Source: Centroscyllium fabricii (lineage: Eukaryota). From it: DNA of 64,000 nucleotides. This document shows, in pieces, positions 56,101 through 64,000 of the stretch. Every line of letters begins with the position of its first letter. The first letter of the stretch is position 1. The stretch spans positions 58,776,001 through 58,840,000 of the forward strand of contig JBNRSN020000019.1 of the NCBI GenBank assembly GCA_051313645.2, given 5' to 3'. The notes under the pieces are model-generated. The model ran no database searches and was not told the origin of the DNA. It saw only the letters and a list, made by a program, of their open reading frames with translations. Both the position numbers and the translations under genes were made by a program.

Positions 56101-59100
56101 AAGGCGAACGGTCGGCTCTACCACTTCCTCCGGGTCCCCTTAGGCTTGACCAATGGAGTGTCAGTGTTCCAACGGGAGATGGACCGCATGGTTGACCAGA
56201 ACGAGTTGCGGGCCACTTTCCCTTACCTGGACAACGTGACCATCTGCGGCCACGACCAGCAGGACCACGATGCCAATCTGGCCAAATTCCTTGACACGGC
56301 GGATAAGCTGGACCTCACGTATAACAAAGACAAATGTGTCTTTAATACAGACCGGCTCGCCATCCTCGGATACGTGGTGGAGAACGGGGTCCTCGGCCCC
56401 GACCCACAGCGTATGCGCCCCTTACAAGAACTGCCCCTACCTCACAACCCCAAAGCCTTGAGGAGATGCCTAGGAATTTTCTCCTACTACGCACAATGGG
56501 TCCCACAGTTCGCGGACAAGGCTAGACCACTCCTCAAGGCTGCCGTCTTCCCCCTCTCGGTAGAAGCCCAAACGGCATTTGCCCGGATAAAGGAAGACAT
56601 CATCAAGGCGACCAGGCTCGCTGTTGATGAATCCATTCCCTTCCAGGTGGAGAGCGACGCTTCAGACTTTGCCTTTGCTGCCACCCTGAATCAGGCAGGC
56701 AGGCCCGTGGTGTTTTTCTCCCGCACCCTACAGGGACCCGAAACTCGCCACTCTGCAGTGGAAAAGGAGGCCCAGGCCATCGTGGAGGCCGTGCGCTACT
56801 GGCGTCATTACCTGGCCGGTAAGCGTTTTGCCCTTCTCACCGACCAGCGGTCGGTGGCGTTTATGTTTAATAATAAACAGAAGGGTAAGATCAAGAATGA
56901 TAAGATCCTGCGGTGGCGGATCGAACTCTCGACTTACGAGTACGACATTCTTTACCGACCAGGTAAACTCAATGAACCCCTGAACCCCCGGACGCACTGT
57001 CCAGGGGAACGTGCGCCAGTGCCCAGCTAGACCGGCTGAAGGACCTCCACGACCGCCTTTGCCACCCGGGTATCACCAGACTCGCCCACTTTGTTAGATC
57101 CCGTAGCCTCCCCTACTCCATCACGGAGATCAAGGCTATGACCCGAGAGTGCCCTGTCTGCGCCGAGTGCAAACCCCAATTTTTCCGGCCAGACACGGTG
57201 CACCTCATTAAGGCCACCCGCCCCTTTGAACGTCTAAGCGTGGACTTCAAAGGCCCCCTCCCCACCACCGACCGCAACTCATACTTCCTCACGGTCGTAG
57301 ATGAGTTCTCCCACTTCCCCTTCGCCTTCCCCTGCGCAGATATGACGAGCGCAACGTGATAAAACACTTCACCACGCTGTTCGCCATTTTCGGTCTCCCC
57401 AGCTACATCCATAGCGACCGGGGGTCATCGTTCATGAGCGATGAACTGCGTCAGTTTCTGCTCCAGAAAGGGGTTGCCACGAGCAGAACGACCAGTTATA
57501 ACCCCCGGGGGAACGGCCAGGTTGAAAGGGAGAATGGGATCATCTGGAAGGCGGTTACCCTGGCCCTGAAGTCCAGAGGCCTTCCAGTGGCCCATTGGCA
57601 GGCAGTCCTCCCAGACGCGCTGCATTCGATACGCTCTTTCCTGTGTACGGCCACTAACACCACCCCTCATGACTTGATTTTTTCCTTCCCCAGGAAGTCG
57701 ACTTCGGGGACAGCTCTTCCTCCATGGCTCACGACACCGGGGCCGGTCTTCCTTAGGAGACACGTCCGTGGCCACAAGACCGACCCCCTGGTGGACAAGG
57801 TGCAGCTCCTGCATGCGAACCCACAATATGCATACGTGCAGTTCCCGGACGGGCGCGAGGACACCGTCTCCATCAGGGACCTGGCGCCCGCAGGAAGCAC
57901 CGCAGCAGAGCCCCTGGTCGGGCAGCAGCCCGCCCAGCCACAGTATCTAGAACACCCTCTACATCTACGATGGCCTCCGAGGTTTCCAGAGCCCCAGCCG
58001 TGGCCAGCCCAAGACCACCATTCCGATGGCTCGGACCATTTGAGACCACCAGCATCTGAAATCACGGCACCAGAGCCGCTGTCACCACCACCGGACTCGA
58101 GCAGTACGGAAAACGAGGAACCTTTATCGGAGCCCCGGCGGTCCTCCAGGCTGACACGACCGCCGGACAAGCTCATATTGAACTGCTCTGTCCATTCACC
58201 CCGCCGGATTTAAAATTTTCAAGAAGGGGTGAATGTGGTAACCCATATTGTATATACGATTACCACTGTAATATTGTCGCCAACATTGGCTTTGTGTGAT
58301 ACACAGTTTTGTAATACTGTCGTGGAGCCAGGTCAGCCACACCTCTATCTCCTCCCCCAGGTGAGGCCTTTATAGGTGAGGACTGACCGGGGCTCCCTCA
58401 TTCTGTTATGTTCGTTCGGAGGGTAGCTCCAAAGTAAGTTAATAAAAGCCTTTAGTTACGGTAACTACTCGTCCAGTCTTTTATTAAGACAAATTGGCGA
58501 TACGTCACTCCCCTACTCCATCATGGCGATCAAGGCTATGACCAAAGAGTGCCCTGTCTGCGCCGAGTGCAAACCCCAATTTTACAGGCCAGACAGGGCG
58601 CACGTCATCAAGGCCACCCGCCCCTTTGAACGCCTGAGCGTGGACTTCAAAGGCCCCCTCCCCTCCACTGACTGCAACTCGTATTTCCTCACGGTCATAG
58701 ATGAGTTCTCACGCTTCCCCTTCGCCTTCCCCTGCCCAGACATGACGAGCGCAACGGTGATAAAACACTTCACCACGCTGTTTGCCATTTTCGGTCTCCC
58801 CAGCTACATCCATAGCGATCGGGGGTCGTCGTTCATGAGCGACGAACTGCGCCAGTTCCTGCTTCAGAAAGGGGTTGCCTCAAGCAGAACGACCAGTTAC
58901 AACCCCCAGGGGAATGGCCAGGTAGAAAGGGAGAACGGGACTATCTGGAAGGCGGTCAACCTGGGCCTAAAGTCCAGAGGCCTTCCAGTTTCCCGTTGGC
59001 AGGAGGTCCTCCCAGATGCGCTCCATTCTATTCGCTCTCTGTTGTGTACCGCTACTGATTCAACACCTCACGACCTGTTATTTTCCTTCCCCAGGAAGTC

Positions 59101-59877
59101 GACTTCGGGGACAGCACTCCCACCGTGGCTCACGACGCCGGGGCCGGTCTTGCTTAGAAAGCATGTCCGCGGCCACAAGACCGACCCCCTGGTGGAACGG
59201 TTGCATCTGCTGCACGCCAACCCGCAGTATGCCTACGTAACATTCCCGGACGGGCGCGAGGACACGGTATCGATCAGGGACCTGGCGCCCGCCGGGAGCA
59301 CTAGGGCAGAACCACCGGTCGAGCCTCAGCCCGACCAGCCACCACCCACTGACTACTGGCCCTCATACACACACACTCCGGGGCCCTCGACAACACCAAC
59401 CGCCGACCCAGGATCGGACACCGCGCCGCCGGCACCGTTGCCGGAGAACCCGCCCCGGCACCAGCACCGTTACCGGAACCCCGGCGGTCCTCGAGGCAGA
59501 CACGACCACCGGAGAGACTGATTGCGCAGTGCTAACGGACACTAAAAAAAAAATTTTTTCTCTCTCTGGTTACTGTTTCTTCCCTCTCGTTCACCCCGCC
59601 GGACTTATTTTTAAAGAAGGGGTGAATGTGGTAACCGTTGTTACCATCTGTGTTTAGTTGTGAGTGCATTGGCGGGACTTGATCTGTATACTGTATGTAA
59701 GGCCAGGTCAGCCACACCTCTAACTCCTCCCCTCAGGTGGGAGCTTATAGGTAAGGGCCGCCCTGCCCCCGTTCATTCTCGCCTTGTGCTCGACTGGAGA
59801 CTAGCTCCATCATAAAGTTATTAAAAGCCTATAGTTAAGGTAACTACTCGTCTTTTGTCTTAATTGACGATACGTCA
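50179..59877 (+). mobile_element. Gypsy LTR retrotransposon C (Mag-like), LTRs 50179-50429 and 59627-59877, gag-pol disrupted, interrupted by D
   Basis: 251-bp LTRs with 4 differences, TSD agaag, PPT aagaaggggtgaa; gag from 50453, integrase 58523-59521. Confidence 0.95.
53626..58507 (+). mobile_element. Gypsy LTR retrotransposon D (Mag-like), LTRs 53626-53902 and 58234-58507, gag-pol disrupted
   Basis: 277/274-bp LTRs, TSD ctccc, same PPT; PR-RT-RH in ORF 54823-57030, integrase 57138-58213. Confidence 0.95.
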
Positions 59878-60169
59878 AGAAGTTATCCCTATGATGATAC
59901 CATTGCATTGTCAAAACCTCCTTTAGTCCTGAGCCTGCAAAAACACCTTTTTTTAATTGTAATTTTAAGAACAAGTTATCCACAAGCTAATGCAAGAAAA
60001 ATTTTCAGTAGCTCCAAACAGCTTTACCTTGACAGCAGCTGAGAATCCTTTTAAATAGCGTTTTCAAAGGCTGCCTAACATCTTCTATCGCTCATGTTTG
60101 TGGGCGGAGTAAGAAGTGCCATTAGTCAGATGGGAAAGGTCAGGAAATCTGTGCCTTAAGGAAGTCCTA

Positions 60170-60561
60170 CAGGTCCGGCACCGTTAATCCGGACACCGTT
60201 AATCAGGAAACTTCAGTCATCTGGCACGAATCCGGGCCTCTCCCCGACTGGTCTGCGCATGCGCAAACTGGCCGCCGTGCTTACTGCGCATGCCCGGGTC
60301 TCTCCCCGACTGGTCTGCGCATGCGCAAAATGACCGCTGCGCTTGGCTGCGCAGGCCTCTCCCAGACTCCTATTGAGTTAGTCCGAATGATTTATGCTTC
60401 GGCGAGCGCATGCACAGACCATTCAAAATGGCTGCCGGCGTGCACGGTAGCCATTTTGAATGGTCAGCGCATGTGCTCGCCGAAGCTTCAGTCATTCAGA
60501 TTTTTCACTAGTCCGGCACCGGCCTGGTCCCAACCGTGCCGGATTAACAGTGTCGGACATG
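60170..60561. mobile_element. Tigger-like MITE
   Basis: TA flanks, TIRs caggtccggcaccgttaatccgg / ccggattaacagtgtcggacatg. Confidence 0.8.
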
Positions 60562-60829
60562 TATGATCCCAGTTTGCATTTATTCATGAGGCTCATGTCT
60601 GTTTCAGGTCGAAACTGCCCCATTGTTGGGCACAAACAGGGTAGTAAGGTGACAAAAATCGTCCCCTGAATAATTTGTTAGGTTTCGATGGACTTAAATG
60701 AATAAATGCATCTAATGCTGCTCTTCAAATTTATCTTTGCTCTTTATGTATTTCACAGTGACACAACTGATCTATGTTTCTGCTAAAGTCTCATTTTGTT
60801 TTCTTTTGTGAATGTCTCAAATTTAATAG

Positions 60830-60910
60830 GCCATTTTGGGTGTGTATTCCATGGAACACTCTTAGCCCAGGATGGGGAGAGTATACATTGTGCAGTGAAG
60901 TGTCTCAACA
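60830..60910 (+). CDS. MET: MET exon 16 equivalent (kinase G-loop, catalytic Lys): [27 protein letters not shown]
   Basis: atag acceptor, a|gtaagt donor, 81 nt. Confidence 0.96.
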
Positions 60911-60945
60911 GTAAGTAAATAAGACATTTGCTCTAAAAAGACTTA

Positions 60946-61637
60946 GGGGGAAAAATTGGGTTGCTTGGTGCTAACGGGGTGCAAAACAACTAGCGCCCGG
61001 GCGTGGCGTTGCCCACACTGCCCGCAAAATTCAGCAGGAGGTTAGCAGCGATGCTAACCGGTAGCGCCCTGTGGTGCTGCGCCGCCGGAAATGGCATCAT
61101 CACCATGTGCAGCGCCCCGGCCGCGATCTTCGGGTGTGCCCCCTGACTTACCGCCAGACGCTATGTCCGGGGAGGCACTGTATAAATGCGAGATGCCGGG
61201 CGGCCATTTTTGTTGCTTGCCGCCTGCCAGCACCTGCCTGCATTCCCATCCCCAGCCTCCTGAACCCCCACCCCCCACCCCCGCCACCCCTGCAGAGTGC
61301 CGGCTGTGCTCCAAGAGCCCGGCACTTCTCTTGCGTGCCAGGCTCTTTTGCCGGCACTCCCAATCGCCGGGGGCCCAACTGGGCCCTGGGGCGTGCTGTG
61401 CAATGCCCCTCCCCTTTAAGAAGGGGAGAATGGCCTGCAATACCGTGGCACGTAGCACCGCGATATTGACTCGCAGCGCCCCAAGAGGGAGACGGGGCAC
61501 TTCCAATAGCGTCCCGCTTCCCTCTTGGGGCGCAACCGCTCAATTTTTGGCGCGGGGGCACAAATTTTTCCGAGGTGCTAAAAGTAGCACCCCGGCAAAG
61601 TTAGCGCCCCAATGGGGTGCTGCTCAATTTTTAGCCC
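60946..61637 (+). mobile_element. Harbinger MITE sharing its terminus with the 16501 element
   Basis: TSD tta; left end gggggaaaaattgggttgcttg matches 16501 at 21/22. Confidence 0.88.
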
Positions 61638-61800
61638 TTATAATATTTTATTGTTAAGTTGCTTCCAATGCAAGACATTCCTGAAAAAATGCATCTTGAG
61701 CTACTGAATTAGATATCTAAAACTTCTAGTAAGCTGCGCAATGTGAAGGTGCACAAGAACGCTATATGAAGTGTTAATTATACCATATCTACTTGCACAG

Positions 61801-61982
61801 GAATCACTTGCATAGAACAAGTAACCCAATTCCTGAAGGAAGGATTAATAATGAAAGATTTCAAACACACCAATGTTCTCTCTCTGCTTGGAATCTGTCT
61901 TCCTAACCAAGGATCCCCTCTGGTTGTACTGCCATATATGAAGCATGGTGACCTACGGAACTTTATCAGAGAAGAAAGTCAC
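61801..61982 (+). CDS. MET: MET exon 17 equivalent: [33 protein letters not shown]...[18 protein letters not shown]
   Basis: cacag acceptor, cac|gtaagt donor, 182 nt; [13 protein letters not shown] hinge is MET-type. Confidence 0.97.
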
Positions 61983-62094
61983 GTAAGTGAAATCACAGCT
62001 CCGTAATGCTACAGGGAGAGCTTGAGCAAAATACTTGCAGCAGGTTTATCGCTTTAGACCTACAATAAGACAAGTCATGTCACCTACTTTTCTT

Positions 62095-63040
62095 TGAAAG
62101 AATGAAAAAATGTGCATTTATGTATAGTACCTTATCATATTATCAAGACATCCCAAAGTGTTTCTCTGCCCTTGGATTACCTTGGAAGTTCAATGACTGT
62201 AAGCAGGTGCAGCAGCTAAATTGCACACAGCATGGTCCCATAAAGAGTTTATCTGTTTATGGTGGTGTCGGTTGAGGGCAAAACATTGGCCAGGAGAGAT
62301 CTCTCTTCCTCTTCTTTGAATAGAAATCCAAAAGATGGCACGTACTGCAGTACAGGTTGAGTACCGTTAATCCGGTACCCGAAAAACCGGCAGCTTCAAA
62401 CGTCTGGCACAGCTTCCCTCGAGTGGTCGGTGCTTGCGCAAAATGGCCGGCGCACTCTGCGCATGCGCAAAATGGCCACTGCGCTTGGCTGCGCATGCTC
62501 CCTCCTCAGGTTGTGACGAGAACCTTGCCGAGAACATTCCCGAACGATGAGCGCATGCGCAGACCATTCAAAATGACCACCGGCCTTTTGCGGTGGCCAT
62601 TTTGAATGGTCCTGAACAATCCCGGGCCTTCCCGAATGATAAGCGCATGCGCAGACCATTCAAAATGGCCACCGGCCTTTCGCAGCCATTTTGAATGGTC
62701 CCAAACGATTGATGCTTCGGCGAGCACATGCGCAGACCACTCAAAATGGTGGCTGGCCTTTCGCAGCAGCCATTTTGAATGGTCGGCGCATGCGCTCGCC
62801 GAAGCTTCAATCGTTTGGAACTTTCACTTTTCCGGCACGGGCCTGGTCCAGACCGTGCCGGATTAACGGTGCTCAACCTGTATTACTTTACTATTGCATT
62901 AAAGTGTCATCTAAGATTTTGTGCCCATTGAGTTCCAATGCCAGTTTACTTTATGTACTCAAATAATAAATGGAGTTGGCCTTGAACACGCAAGCCTCTG
63001 ACCCAGAGGTGAGAGTGATACCAACTGAGCCGAGCTAACA
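62095..63040 (-). mobile_element. Degenerate Deu-domain SINE hosting a MITE
   Basis: Reverse-complement similarity to 9366-9590; tRNA-like head near 62980-63040. Confidence 0.55.
62353..62880. mobile_element. Tigger-like MITE with three internal hairpin repeats
   Basis: TA flanks, TIRs caggttgagtaccgttaatccgg / ccggattaacggtgctcaacctg. Confidence 0.9.
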
Positions 63041-63155
63041 CCTTAAAAACTTTAGGAGGATTCACCATGGGAGGGCATTTTATATTTGGCTGATAACCTA
63101 TAACTAATGACTTCAGAAAGAGTGTTTTTGAAAGCCTCTGATAATTGTATCACAG

Positions 63156-63265
63156 AATCCAACAGTAAAGGATCTTATTCATTTTGGACTTCATGTTGCA
63201 AAAGGAATGGAATACCTTGCAAGTAAAAAGTTTGTTCACCGAGATCTTGCAGCAAGAAACTGCAT
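63156..63265 (+). CDS. MET: MET exon 18 equivalent (catalytic loop): [37 protein letters not shown]
   Basis: cacag acceptor, at|gtgagt donor, 110 nt, HRDLAARN. Confidence 0.97.
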
Positions 63266-63483
63266 GTGAGTATGAAAGTAAAAATTAATAGAAATGCAAA
63301 CTGCATTTTGCTTTGTTGTTATAAAGCAGATACTTAAAATATTAGTCTTTAAACGATGCCTGCATTTGTTATAAGCGGCCACCAGGGACACCTATCCACC
63401 ACAGAACGGCGCGCTGCTAAATTTGATTTTGTGGGGCCCGATTTTGACCCCGTAAATGTGCAAGACACATCGGAATTCCTCAC

Positions 63484-64000
63484 CCATAGAATACTGACTA
63501 CCCCCTCTACATTCTCCCATACAATGCTGACTACCCCCTCTACACTCCCCCATCGAATACTGACTAACCCTCTACACTCCCCCATAGAATGCTGACTACG
63601 CCCTCTACATTCCCCCATAGAATACTGACTACCCCCTCTACACTCCCCCATCGAATACTGACTACCCCTCTACACTCCCCCATAGAATGCTGACTACCCC
63701 CTCTACACTCCCCCATCGAATACTGACTACCCCATCTACAGTCCCCATAGAATGCTGACTACCCCCTCTACACTCCCCCATAGAATGCTGACTACCCCCT
63801 CTACACTCCCCCATAGAATACTGACTACGCCCTCTACACTCCCCATAGAATACTGACTACCCCCTCTACACTCCCCCATAGAATGCTGACTACCCCCTCT
63901 ACATTCCCCCATAGAATACTGACTACCCCCTCTACACTCCCCCATAGAATGCTGACTACCCCCCTCTACATTCCCCCATAGAATACTGACTACCCCCTCT
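63484..64000. repeat. 33-bp minisatellite (cccccatagaat(a/g)ctgactaccccctctacact)n, about 15 copies, running off the window
   Basis: Directly visible tandem units; 11-aa periodicity in spurious ORFs. Confidence 0.95.

Noticed and set aside
5837-63265. MST1R/RON or a plexin rather than MET
   Set aside because: Exon 14 (VRYD.R.HT.HLDRLV..DYR), the [13 protein letters not shown] hinge and exon lengths fit MET, and a kinase domain excludes plexins
63484-64000. CRISPR-like array
   Set aside because: Units are head-to-tail with no unique spacers, there are no cas genes, and the context is a eukaryotic intron

Overview
Eukaryotic (vertebrate) genomic DNA, very likely a shark or other cartilaginous fish, judging from HE1/V-SINE, Deu-domain SINE, CR1 and Penelope repeats. 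The + strand carries 13 consecutive coding exons (orthologous to human exons 6-18) of a MET / HGF-receptor tyrosine kinase gene: IPT domains, transmembrane helix, juxtamembrane exon 14 with the DYR motif, and the N-terminal part of the kinase. The introns are mostly transposable elements: CR1 LINEs, SINEs, a near-complete Neptune-type Penelope element with hammerhead ribozymes, a decayed two-gene PIF/Harbinger transposon and its MITEs, Tigger-like and hAT MITEs, solo LTRs, and two nested Gypsy LTR-retrotransposon pairs. Main observation: three distinct Mag-like Gypsy families (B, C, D) have no tRNA primer-binding site. The 13-15 nt just after the 5' LTR are instead the reverse complement of the poly(A)-signal tract inside their own LTR, and the two tracts co-vary between families. 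All three also have YLDN instead of YxDD in reverse transcriptase. This suggests a tRNA-independent fold-back (self-priming and/or poly(A)-masking) system. All coordinates and identities were read by eye, and comparisons to human MET or Repbase families are from memory, not from searches.
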